Below are positions 52,318 through 63,883 of a stretch of 64,000 bases of DNA, piece by piece. Made by a program: the position numbers and the translations under genes. The stretch's first letter is position 1. Every line of letters begins with the position of its first letter. The notes beneath the pieces are model-generated. The model did no database searches. It was not told the DNA's origin and worked only from the letters and a program-made list of their open reading frames with translations. The stretch is from Chiloscyllium plagiosum (taxonomy: Eukaryota), in the NCBI RefSeq assembly GCF_004010195.1, contig NC_057727.1:47813506-47877505 (forward strand). Direction: 5' to 3'.

Positions 52318-53499
52318 ATGTTCTTGGCTCAGCCCTACAAGTCAGATATAGAGAGCAGAGTGCTCCGATGTGGGGGTATTCCCTTGGTCAGTACCATATA
52401 TTACCTGCAGAGAGGGAGTGCCTTGGGGGATATGGAGAAACTCCATGGGATCTGGTATCAGGAATTGGGGGAAGAAATCTCATTAGAAACATAGGAAGAT
52501 CTATGGGCGAATGTAAAGAAAATTTCAAAATGAAATAAAGCACAAACAATGCAATTAAAGATCCTTCACAGATCCCATATGGCACCAGGGAGGTTAGCAA
52601 AGTTTAAGAAAGGTTCCTCTCCAGAATGTCCCAAATGTAAAATTAGCAAGCGCACCCTTATACATTGCTTTTAGAGCTGCTATTAAGATTCACTGATAGA
52701 GGGGTGCCATAGTGAATGAGTTGGGAAGGATCCTGGGAATTGAAGTTAAGGCGGACCTGGTATCCCTTCTTTTGGGACTGCCGAATCTGCTCTCTCTGGG
52801 TGAACATGGGAAGAGGTTATTTTACATTCGTACACACTGTACCAGGAAGAACATTCTAATGAACTGGATATCAGAAAATCCTCCAGGTCTTGCAGGGTGG
52901 CGCAGACTTGTGATAGAGCACATCCCCCCGAGACTATCTTACAAATATGGTGCACCATAGAACAGGGCAATTTTATAAGATGTGGGGGGCTCTTTCTAAA
53001 TTACATAGACACAGACCTATTGATTAGGGCCTTTAGACAGTTGTGAGGGTCAGGTTTGGCAGTCCGGGTCGCCAAGGAGGGGAAGCTTGGTAAATACGGG
53101 TATAATAAATGTTGGTCCCGTGGACAGGAGCCTCAGTGGAGGTGCAGCGAGTGGAGCAATGTAATATAATCTAATTTAATTTAATTGTAATTTAATTTAA
53201 TTTCATTTTATTTAATTTGTTCTTAATTTAACTTGAGTTAAGTTAAGTAAGTATGAGACAATGGTACCCTGTAGGTTATTATTGTTAATACTATTGTAAT
53301 AGAATAATGTCGTATTATCGCTATTCTTCTGTACCTTTGTATTTTTATAATTCTTTTGTAAAAGAGTAAAACTTCTTTTTTATTAAAAAAAAAAGTGGCT
53401 TTGGCTCTAAGAATGCAATTAGCTACCTTAACCTAAAGCTTAAGAGGAAAATCCTGGCTGGACCAGACACCTGGCCAATGGTGCACTGTGGCTGATGTT

Positions 53500-53802
53500 T
53501 GTACAATCCACTGAATGTATTGCCAGGCTTCTTTGGCAGTATCTTGCTAATCGGCCACCTCCACCACTTAAAAGGACAAGGACAGAATGCCAATGCAAAC
53601 ACTATCACGTCCTAGTTTCAGTCCATCTTGATTTGGACATTTATTGCTGTTTATACATCATAACTGGGTTAAAAGCCTAGAATTTGTTTTGTGGCAGCAT
53701 TGTACGAACATCTACATCACATATGACACGGTTCAAAGCCTCTAAGAGTAATGAACAGATACTAACATTGTCCATAATGCTCACATTCTGAGAATGAATG
53801 AA
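53500..53802 (+). mobile_element. Old 3' end of the second CR1-like family
   Basis: Colinear with 30330-30645; ends gctcacattctgagaatgaatgaaaa. Confidence 0.7.
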
Positions 53803-54090
53803 AAGATGTCAGTCCATGAATAGAAATCTATGGTAATGGTTTCAGATACTTTTGTTTTTGATCTCTGCAAATGTTCACAAATTTCTGCAGCCTTCTGCCA
53901 ATATTAACATCTTCTTAGGGTTTTTTTTTAACGTATGAAATAAATCTTCAATTGCACAAGAAAAATGGTGCTAACAAAACAGAAAGTATTTATAAAACCA
54001 CACAAGAACACGCTTAATGTGCTAATATTCAACATTTCAGAGAAAGATAAAGCATGAAGTTTCATCTCCTTAATTTTTTTTTAACCTATT

Positions 54091-54202
54091 TTTCTAATCA
54101 GCTTGTTCAGTGATGCCATTACACAGCTCTGGAGCAGGTGGGACCTGAACCTACGTCTCTTGGTCCAGGGGTAGAGGCTGTACCTCTGTGCTACAAAAGG
54201 CC
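54091..54202 (-). mobile_element. ~110-bp tRNA-derived short SINE-like element (second copy)
   Basis: Colinear with 15387-15493. Confidence 0.7.
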
Positions 54203-54384
54203 TTTCAGCTCCATGAGGTTTGGGTCCTAAGTTGGAAAAGCTGTACTCAATTTTGCAATTACTGAAAGATAAATGAAATGCACAGCCGGTCTTACAATTG
54301 TGATGTTACATTGAAGTGCGGTTAATCATTCCATCAGTAGTGTCATAAATATCATTTAAATGAGCATATGGGGTGACTTGTGCA

Positions 54385-54709
54385 TAAGTCTTTTCCCTGG
54401 AGTGGGAGAGTCCAGAACTAGAGGGCATAGGTTTAAGGAGAGGGGGAAAGATTTAAAAGGGATCTAAGGGACAACTTCTTCATGCAGAGGGTTTTGCGTG
54501 TTTGGAATAAGCTGCCGGAGGAAGTGGTGGAGGCTGGTACAATGACAACATTTAAAAGACATCTGGATGGGTAGATGAATAGGAAGGGTTTAGAGGGTTA
54601 TGGACCAAGTGCTGGCAAATGGGACTAGATTAAAATTTATAACATCTGGTTGGCATGGATGAGTTGGACGGAAGGGTCTGTTTCCATGCTTTTCATATCT
54701 ATGACTCTA
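54385..54709 (+). mobile_element. HER1/CR1 LINE 3' end
   Basis: SLFPGVGESRTRGHRFK...; tail tctatgactcta. Confidence 0.93.
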
Positions 54710-54963
54710 AGATGATTCTTCCAATTTTTTGTCAAAGTTAACAGTATTTTTCATTGTGCAGATTACAATCAAAGAAGCTGATACCTTTACAAATGAGGAG
54801 ATTCAAGTCATTTCCATTCTGAGGAGCTAGCACATCAGTTACCCAGCTCTCTTAACATGAAATATTTGATTTGTCCTGTTTTGAAAGGAGTAAAGTGAGG
54901 ATATGGAAGCAGAATGAAAGAACACTATTAAATGCAGATCTATACTTAACTTGACACAGAAAG

Positions 54964-55263
54964 TTTAGATTAGATTCCCTACAGCACAGAAACAGGCCCT
55001 TCAGTCCAACAAGCCCACACCAACCCTCTGAAGAGTAATCCACCGAGACCCATTCCCCTATCCTATACTTACCCCTGACCAACTCACCTAACTCTATGGG
55101 CAATTTACCTAACTTGCACATCTTTGGATTGTGGGAGAGAACCCACACAGACACAGAGAGAATATACACACACCACACAGACAGTCACTCAAGGCTGGAA
55201 TTGAACCTGGGTCCCTGGTGCTATAAGGCAGTAGTGCTAACCACTGAGCCACTATGCTGCCCC
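54964..55263 (-). mobile_element. HE1 SINE, older and internally deleted
   Basis: Antisense head gggcagcatagtggctcagtggttagcactactgcc, partial V-domain, tail (aatct)n. Confidence 0.9.
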
Positions 55264-57469
55264 TTGTCGTCCCTTGTCTTTTTTGCTTGCATTAAAATAA
55301 AGATTAATGTTTAAGAAGGCAGAATCTATCTTTTTAGTACTTAATGTTAAATGAACTCAATGTGTATTTGTGGCTCCTGTCTACTTGCTTTCTCAGTGGC
55401 AACTACACTCAAGTCATGAGCTTCTCTGATCAAAGACAAGGTATAGCCGCAGGATTGCAAATAAAGGTCTGAATGTATATCCTCAGCAGAGGGCTGCAAC
55501 TGAGTGCAAACATGTCCAAAACATCATGTACAACACTAAAAATATAATTAATCTTCTTCTTCCCCATTCTCTTTGGTTTTGAAGCATTTATACTCAAAAG
55601 TAGCAGGTATGGCTAGTTGGAAGAACACTTAATGTATAGCTACTCCCTCAATACTAATCTTTGAGTTTTATATTTGCACAGAAGCTTACACTTTGCTGTC
55701 ATTTCACCTGTCCCTAATTTAAACTCCTAAACAGTCATCTATGTAGCTGTCTTGGCTAAACACAATATAGAAGAAAATTCAGAATATCACCATGAAAACA
55801 AGACACAGAGAAATGATTTCTGTATGCCAATTATATTTAGATTAAAACAATCCATTATGAAAGCTGCAGTGAGTTGCACCAAAAACAATGTAAAGTTGCT
55901 AACAAATAAAAATTGCTACTGTGCAAATCAATCAGATGCCCCCCAATGTTGTTGGCATTTTTTCAGCAGCCTACAAAAGCTTTCCATGTTGTTGGCATAC
56001 AAGGCCGACTGCCTCTGGCTTACTCGTTTGTTGCTATCATCCCTGGAGAGGCTTGAATAGATTTGTGGGATGCTTTGCAGCATCAAATTTTCTTTAAATA
56101 AATGAAATTAATGAACAGAATTGCATTAAGGTCCATCTGAACTATTGTTCTCCTGAGGTTAAAATTTCACCAGCTGTAATTTCTTGACTCAACTTTCTGA
56201 TGTCGCATGTCTGTTTCCATTACCGTAGAACAAATATCTAATTTCAAAGTTACATTAATTGTTAACTCTTCTGCTCAAAGCTAGATTAAAACTAGTTAAA
56301 ATATCAAAGCTTTTCCTGGCATGTGTACTGTAATGCTATTGCTTAGTCTGTTTCCTCTCCATCTAATGTACGTGATCAAGATTAATCAACATGAAACATA
56401 CTTCTCTTTACCATTTTATTAATGGCATAGTGAAACATGAACAGGTTAGTTTCTTCCTTTGCATTTTTTGAGGAATAAATGATGCCATGCAAACAAGCCA
56501 ACATGAGCCTGTGCTTCGAGATTTTGCTTTAATTTTATACTTGTGGATTGCTGTTTTGCTGTTATTATACTTCCATTTGGTGCTGGCATATTCCATACAT
56601 CAGAACTACTTTGATGTGATAATAGCCATTTAGTAAGAACAAAGATAAGATTAAAGAAAAGCACTTAAACTCAGGCTTTGCATGAAATAATGTATAATCA
56701 GGTGATTGATGTGTTGTGTGCAGAGGTCGCTTGGCTGTGGGCTTCTCTCAAGCATACATTCATCAAATGGAGTTTTCACACATTACTATTCACCTTAAAT
56801 ATCTATTTTAAAAAGGGCTTGAGCCAAAATATATCTAATTGAAGTACAGAGATACAACAGTAGTCATTATACTATGTTTTAAAGAACCAGAAGGGTGTGA
56901 ATGGAAATAAATGTCAGCAATGTTCTTTTTCACAATCATTGAGATCAAATGGCTGGTATATCAGCATGTTAGCACTCTAATTAATATATTAAATTCATCT
57001 GCTTTATATGTGGTGCATTTTTCTACTGCATCTCCGCTCTGTCATGTTACCATGGCAAAAATGCTTCATGCTTGTGATACACTTATATGATAAGCTCACA
57101 GCATTACTTGCAACTGCAGGAAAAGCCTACAGTGGAGGCTAAACATGTCCACAAAGGGTGGCCTGAAAATTACGTAATATGGCCAAACACGGCCAATCTC
57201 ATTTTCCCACCGTCACAAACAGCATAATGCATTGAGTCTGCAGGAATTTGCTTGCCCATTTTCTTGTTCAATAATTGGCTCCTTTGTGTCACCCTGGAAA
57301 ATTGTCACTCTTTGATTTTAAAGTGCTATTGTTCCCAAGATAGAATGTACCACAGCTTACCCATTAGGTCATGTTGGTGACAAAATGAAGAGGAAAGTAT
57401 TGGAATAAAACATAAAACTACAAACAAATCACAGACAGGTAAGAGAGAGAAAGAGATTGTACTAGAATC

Positions 57470-57830
57470 ATTCAGTACAGAAGAAAGCTATTTGACCCTT
57501 CATGGCCACCATTCATAGAGCAATTCAATTAATCCCACTTCTCTATTCTTTCCCCAGAGTCCTCGAAATTGTTTACCTTTAAATAGTTATCCAATTATTT
57601 TTGAGTGCCATTATTAGATTTGCTTCCACCAGCTGTCCTGGCAGTGCATTCCAGATCACAACAACTGTTTAACAAAATGTTTTTTCATGCTGTTTTTGGT
57701 TCTTTTAATTGCCTTAAATCCACATCCACAGGTAACAACATTTTCATCCTTTTTTCAGTCTTTTTAAAATTGATGATTTTGACCACCCGTGTTAAATTCC
57801 TTTTCTGCTTTGAGAATAAAAGTGACATTT
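57470..57830 (-). mobile_element. Old CR1 3' end
   Basis: ggcagtgcattccagatcacaacaactg, antisense of VVIWNALP. Confidence 0.6.
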
Positions 57831-58528
57831 TCTGGAACAATATGTTGTGGAATGAATTAGGAATAAACTTGTTTTAGATATAGCATTGTGCAACATGTTG
57901 GGGCTAACTGTTAATATCTTAGTAAAATTCCACAGGTGACCATAATATAAAATCAAATCCCATGTCTTTTAGAATAACATTCACCAATCGCAAACATGAA
58001 TCTTAAACTTACAACAAAACCAATTACATCTGCGGAACAGGAATAGGGAGAGCTATTTAAGGTTGTTTGGGTAGATAAACAACAAAGTAAGTTGTTACAT
58101 AAACAATAGGAAACAATTAAAGAAACAATTTAAAACCTTCAACAAAAGTACAGTGTATTGAAACAGAAAACCTTGTTGAGAAAGAAACAACTGTGACGTT
58201 TTAAGGAGTTTAAGAGTAGTATTGGATTAAAAGAGCCTATAATATTTCAAAGAAAGTAATAAATATGAGGTTACAAGTTTTTTAGAAACCTGCAAAGGGC
58301 CACCAAAAGTTGATAAAACATGAAAAATAAAATGGATATTATCTTCAGAAGGGTAGAAAAATAGCTAGGAACATTTACAATTAGAAACAATTGCAACAAT
58401 ACATTGGGGAGACTGGACGCCTTCTAGCAGAGCGCTTTAGGGAACATCTCCGGGACACCCGCACCAAACAACCACACCGCCCTGTGGCCCAACATTTCAA
58501 CTCCCCCTCCCACTCTGCCAAGGACATG

Positions 58529-58957
58529 NNNNNNNNNNNNNNNNNNNNNNNNNNNNNNNNNNNNNNNNNNNNNNNNNNNNNNNNNNNNNNNNNNNNNNNN
58601 NNNNNNNNNNNNNNNNNNNNNNNNNNNNNNNNNNNNNNNNNNNNNNNNNNNNNNNNNNNNNNNNNNNNNNNNNNNNNNNNNNNNNNNNNNNNNNNNNNNN
58701 NNNNNNNNNNNNNNNNNNNNNNNNNNNNNNNNNNNNNNNNNNNNNNNNNNNNNNNNNNNNNNNNNNNNNNNNNNNNNNNNNNNNNNNNNNNNNNNNNNNN
58801 NNNNNNNNNNNNNNNNNNNNNNNNNNNNNNNNNNNNNNNNNNNNNNNNNNNNNNNNNNNNNNNNNNNNNNNNNNNNNNNNNNNNNNNNNNNNNNNNNNNN
58901 NNNNNNNNNNNNNNNNNNNNNNNNNNNNNNNNNNNNNNNNNNNNNNNNNNNNNNNNC
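58529..58957. other. Assembly gap (429 N)
   Basis: Run of N. Confidence 1.
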
Positions 58958-59127
58958 CACAGTCCAAAGATGTGCAGGTCAGGTGAATTGGCCATGCTAA
59001 ATTGCCCATAGTGTTAGGTAAGGGGTAAATGTAGGGGTATGGGTGGGTTGCGCTTCGGCGGGTCGGTGTGGACTTGTTGGGCCGAAGGGCCTGTTTCCAC
59101 ACTGTAATGTAATCTGTAATCTGTAAT
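58958..59127 (+). mobile_element. HE1 SINE 3' half (5' part lies in the gap)
   Basis: Nearly identical to 11168-11325. Confidence 0.95.
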
Positions 59128-59904
59128 CCAGAATCTGGTTTCCAGCATCTGCAGTCATTGTTTTTACCCTGAACCCAGATCCGTATCTCCAGCTTAATCA
59201 ACACCTTTCTGGAAGTTTCAAATACATTGCATGAAAGACTTACCTGTAGATTATCCAACTACAAAACAAAATGAAGCCAGGCATGGGAATATTCAAATTA
59301 ACTCAGGCAATGATTTTTGGGTGAGCAAAAGGAAGGATGATGGATTTGTATCAATAGAAATGCAGATTGTCTTCGACTCCCTGATTGTTTCCCTTCGCCT
59401 TTCAAAAGAAAACAGTATTTTATGATGAAGTTATTCACAGAGAATTCAAAGATAACGACATATATTCACTAAGGTGAGGAAACAAGTTATCAATTAAATA
59501 GTCTTGAACATGAACTAACAACTCAAAGATCCTAAGGACTTTTTAAATGGCAAACTCTTGATCTTTTTTGTACTAGACTTTCTACTTCTTAAAATTTTAG
59601 ACCTGGTGTGACATGTCACATTTAATTGTTTTTCTTGGGGTCAATAAGCAATAAAATTCCTTCATCCATCATACAAGAAAATCTTTCGATTGACTCCTTA
59701 ATTTTGAACTAGTGAATATATTTGCTTTGAATTGTGATATAGCTGTGTGCTTAAAAGAACTTGAAAATCTTTGATGCAGTCAGCCATGAGGATTAAAAAT
59801 TTGGGATCCCGATTCATCTCTTCGCATCTGGTCACACAATAACATTAGAAATACAAAATATTTTTTAAAAGCATAGAAGTTGTAAGCGTTTATATTCAGA
59901 GACA

Positions 59905-60036
59905 GTTCTTCATTCTGATGAAGGGTCACTTGACTTGAAGTGTTAATTCTGTTCTCTCTCTCCACAGAAGCTGCTGACTTTCTCTAGCACTTTGTTTTTG
60001 AGATCTCAAGCATCTGCAGTTCTTTGTTTTATTTTG
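59905..60036 (+). mobile_element. Penelope-tail insert with decayed hammerhead core
   Basis: ctgatgaagggtcacttgacttgaagtgttaa followed by the PLE tail. Confidence 0.8.
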
Positions 60037-60074
60037 TGCTTCGACAGAATTGGCTGTTCTCATGGATGAAATAC

Positions 60075-60350
60075 AGAAACTTAGCATGAAGGAGGAGCAA
60101 GCAATTAGAAAAATAGATGGTGTGGTCTTTAGTGCAAGGGGATTGGTTTACAATGATAAAGAAGACTCGCACAGGGCTTTGGTGAGACTATATCTGAAAT
60201 ACTTTGCACAATTTTGATCTCCAAACGGATGAGAGGTTTTGTTTTCCAATGGAGACTGAAAGGTTGCTTACTTGCATGGGGAATCCATGTCAAGAGACCC
60301 CAGGGTCAGGATAAGGGGTCAATCATCTTCGAGAAAAATAAAGACAATTT
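60075..60350 (+). mobile_element. Old CR1 3' fragment
   Basis: RALVRLYLKYFAQF, a degenerate KALVRPHLEYCVQFW motif. Confidence 0.6.
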
Positions 60351-60786
60351 TCTGCTGATTTGTGGAAGACAGAAGTTCTGAACACAGAAGTGACAGAGGA
60401 TGATTTGTGGGTTTCCAAAGCAGTTGTGGAAATTTCTAGTAATTGAGAAGGTGAGAGATGATGGGAGCAGGGGGTAACGCTAGAACACAGAAGAAATACT
60501 TCTGCTTCACCTGGCCCACAAGCAGTGTCATGAATATGCTTACCTTAAAAATTCAGATCAACTCAACTCTTTTTACTTGATAGATTTGCTGCTGTGTGAG
60601 AAGCCAATTAACTGTGATAAAAGAAAATGGAATCAGTTATTAAAATGAAGGCTTACAGCCATGTGGAAATGTTTGAAAGAACTGACTTGGCTACTGCTTT
60701 CAAATTGATCACTGTTTCCTGTTCTATTTCCACTAAAACCAGAAGAGATTGTGTTTCAGATAGTTTCAATTCCTATTTCAAATTGT

Positions 60787-63700
60787 CCTGGGGAAGGTGG
60801 GACCTCTACAAACAGGATGGTCTTCACCTGAACTAGAGGGGTACCAATATCCCCGGGGGGAAAATCTGCTAATGCTCTTTGGAGTGGGGGGAGGGGATTT
60901 AAACTAATGCTGCATGGGGATGGGAACCTGAATTGTAGTTCTAGTGTACAGGAAGTTGAGGGTAGTGAGGTCAGGGATAGGTTTACAAGGTTGCGAGAGG
61001 ACACTGGCAATCAGGGTGTTAGTTTGAAATGTGTGCACTTCAATGCCAGGAGCATCCGGAATAAGGTGGGTGAACTTGCAGCATGGGTTGGTACCTGGGA
61101 TTTTGATGTTGTGGCCATTTCGGAGACATGGCTAGAGGAGGGGCAGGAATGGTTGTTACAGATTCCGGGATTTAGATGTTTCAGAGAAAATGGTAAAAGT
61201 TTGTAGCAGGCGGTGGCACTGTTAACCAAGGGTAGTATTACAGCAGCTGAGATAACATGTGAGGACTCACCCACTGACGCAGTTTGGGCTGATGTTAGAA
61301 ACAGGAAAGGAGAGGTCACCCTGTTGGGAGTTTTCTATAGGCCTCCGAATTGTTCCAGGGATGTAGAGGAAAGGATAGCAAAGATAATTCTCAATAGGAT
61401 CGAGAGTAACAGGGTAGTTGTTATGGGGGACTTTAATTTTACTAATATTGACTGGGAATACTGTGGTTCAAGTACTTTTAGATGGATCAGTTATTATTCA
61501 ATGTAAGCAGGAGGGTTTTCTGACACAGTACGTAGACAGGCCAACAAGGGGCGATGCCATATTGGATTTGGTACTGGGGAATGAACCCAGCCAGGTGTTC
61601 GACTTGGAGGTAGGTGAGTATTTTGGCAATAGTGACCATAATTCGGTTATGTTTACAATAGCAATGGGCAGGAATAGGTATACATTGCAGAGAAAAAGGT
61701 ATAACTGGGGTAAAGGCAATTATGATGTGATTTGGCAAGGTTTAGGATGCATGGGATGGGGAAAGAAACTGCAGGGGATGGACACACTTGAAATATGGAG
61801 CATATTCAAGGAACAGCTACTGTGGGTCCTTGATAAGTATATACCTATCAGGCAGGGAAGTAGATTTTGAGAGAGGGAGCCATGGTTTACTAAAGAAGTT
61901 GAAGCTTTTATCAGGAGGAAAAAGACTTATGTGAAGATGAGGTGTGAAGGCTCAGATAGGGGGCTGAAGAGTTACAAGTTAGCCAGAAAAGATCTAAAGA
62001 GAGGGCTAAGAAGAGCCAGGAGGGGACAAGTGAAGTTGTTGGTGGATAGGATCAAGGAAAACCCTCAGGCCTTCTAACGGTAAATCAGGAATAAAAGAAT
62101 GACTAGAGTAAGATTACGGCCAATCAAAGATAGTAGTGGAAAGTTGTATGTGGAATCTAAGGATATAGGGGAAACACTTAATGAATATTTTTTGTCAGTA
62201 TTCACATTGGAAAAGGGCAATGTTAGAGAGAATACGGAGATACAGGCTACTAGATTAGATGGGATTAAGGTTGATAATGAGGAGGTTTTAGCAATTTTGG
62301 AAGATCTGAAAATAAATAAGATCCCTGGGCCGGATAGGATTAATCTTGGGATTCTCTGGGAAGCCAGGGAAGAGATTGCAGACCCTTTGGCTTTGATCTT
62401 TATGTCATCATTGTCGATAGGAGTAGTGTCAGAAGCCTGGAGTATAGCAAATGTTGTTCCCTTGTTTAAGAAGGGGAGTCGAGACAATTATAGGCCAGTG
62501 AGACTTACTTTGGTTGTGGGTAAGGTGTTGGAAAAAGTTATAAGAGATTGGATTTATAATCATCTGGAAAGGAATAATTTGATTAGAGATAGTCAACACT
62601 GTTTTGTGAAATGTAAATCGTGCCTTGCTAACCTTATTGAGTTCTTCAAGAAGGTAACAAAACAGGTGGCTGAAGGTAAAGCAGTTGATGTAGTCTATAT
62701 GGACTTCGGTAAGGCGTTTGATAAGCTTCAACACGGTAGGCTATTGCACAAGATATAGAGTTTCAGGATTAAAGATGATTTAGCGGTTTGGATCAAAAAT
62801 TGGCTAGCTGAAAGAGGACAGAGGATGGTGGTTGATAGGAAATGTTCATCCTGAAGCTCAGTTACCACTGGTGTGCCGCAAGGACCTAGCTCCTCCTCCT
62901 CCTGCTCCTCGGATGCTGTCTGACCTGATGTGCTTTTCCAGCACCACTCTAATCTTGACTCTGATCTCCAGCATTTGCAGTCTTCACCTTTGCCCTGCTG
63001 CAAGGATCTGTTTTAGGGCCACTGCTGTCTGTCATTTTTATAAATGATCTGGCTGTGGGCTTGGAAGGATGGGTTAGTAAATTTGTGGGTGACACTGAGG
63101 CAGATTTGTGGAGAGTGCTCAGGGATGTTGTGGGTTACAGAGGGTCATAGATAAGATACATAGCTGGGCAGAGAAGTGGCAAATAGAGTTGAATGCGGAA
63201 AAGTGTGAGGTAGTTCACTTCAGAAGATATAACAGGAATGCAGAGTACTGGGTTAATGATAAAATTCTTGGCAGTGTAGATGAACAGAGAGATCTTGGTG
63301 TCCAGGTGCAAATCCCTGAAAGTTGCTGCCCAGGTTGATAGGGACATATCAACTTAATCGAGACATATAAGATAATCAAGGGGTTAGATAGGGTGGACAG
63401 TGAGAGCATAAGAAGGCATACGGTGTGTTGGCATTTATTGGGAGGGGCATTGTGTTTTAGAGCCACGAGGTCATGCTCCAGCTGTACAAGGCACTGGTAA
63501 GGCCACACTGGAGTACTGCTTACAGTTCTGGTCACTACGTTATAGGAGAGATGTGGAAGCTTTGGAAAGGGTTCAGAGGAGATTTACTAGTATGTTGCCA
63601 GGTACGGAAGGAAGGTCTTACGAGGAAAGACTGAGGGAACTGAGGCTGTTTTTGTTGGAGAGAAGAAGGTTGAGAGGTGACTTAATCGAGACATATAAGA

Positions 63701-63881
63701 TAATCAAGGGGTTAGATAAGGTGGACAGTGAGAGCCTTTTACCTCAGATGGTGAAGGCTAACACAATGGACACAATTTTCAATTGAGGGGTGATAGATTT
63801 AGGACAGATATCAGGGGTAGTTTCTTTACTCAGAGGTGTGGGATGGCCTGCCTGCAGCAGTAGTAGGCTCACCTACATTAA
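60787..63881 (+). mobile_element. Near-full-length CR1 (HER1-like): end of ORF1 esterase plus ORF2 APE endonuclease and RT, with stops and frameshifts
   Basis: ORF1 WDLYKQDGLHLN; EN NARSIRNK, VVAISETWL, GVFYRPPN, MGDFN, PTRGDAILDLVL, SDHN; RT PGPD, NYRPVRLT, VDVVYMDFGKAFDK, VRPHWSTA, RLRGDLIETYKI. Confidence 0.96.
62885..62995 (+). mobile_element. 111-bp Penelope-tail insert (no ribozyme core) with 11-bp TSD inside CR1
   Basis: Flanks tgccgcaagga (62874-62884) / tgctgcaagga (62996-63006). Confidence 0.85.
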
Positions 63882-63883
63882 GG

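Larger units (their letters stand above)
50340..53394 (+). mobile_element. L1/Tx1-clade LINE, 5'-truncated decayed ORF2 with 3' UTR and poly(A)
   Basis: SYRPI*LLNVVFKILTKVLALRL, SLDAEKVFDQVEW, YADD (tatgcagacgat), INFNKSEFM, C-terminal CPKC...HCF*SC, (AATTT)n 3' UTR, A-tail at 53384-53394. Confidence 0.92.
58391..59170 (+). mobile_element. Penelope-like element: GIY-YIG endonuclease C-terminal part, gap, then 3' tail interrupted by HE1
   Basis: YIGETGRLLAERFREHLRDTRTKQPHRPVAQHFNSPSHSAKDM; tail tctggtttccagcatctgcagtcattgtttttacc at 59130-59169. Confidence 0.9.

Noticed and set aside
58381-59258. Long ORFs of 178-253 aa in the track
   Set aside because: Artefacts of reading through the N gap
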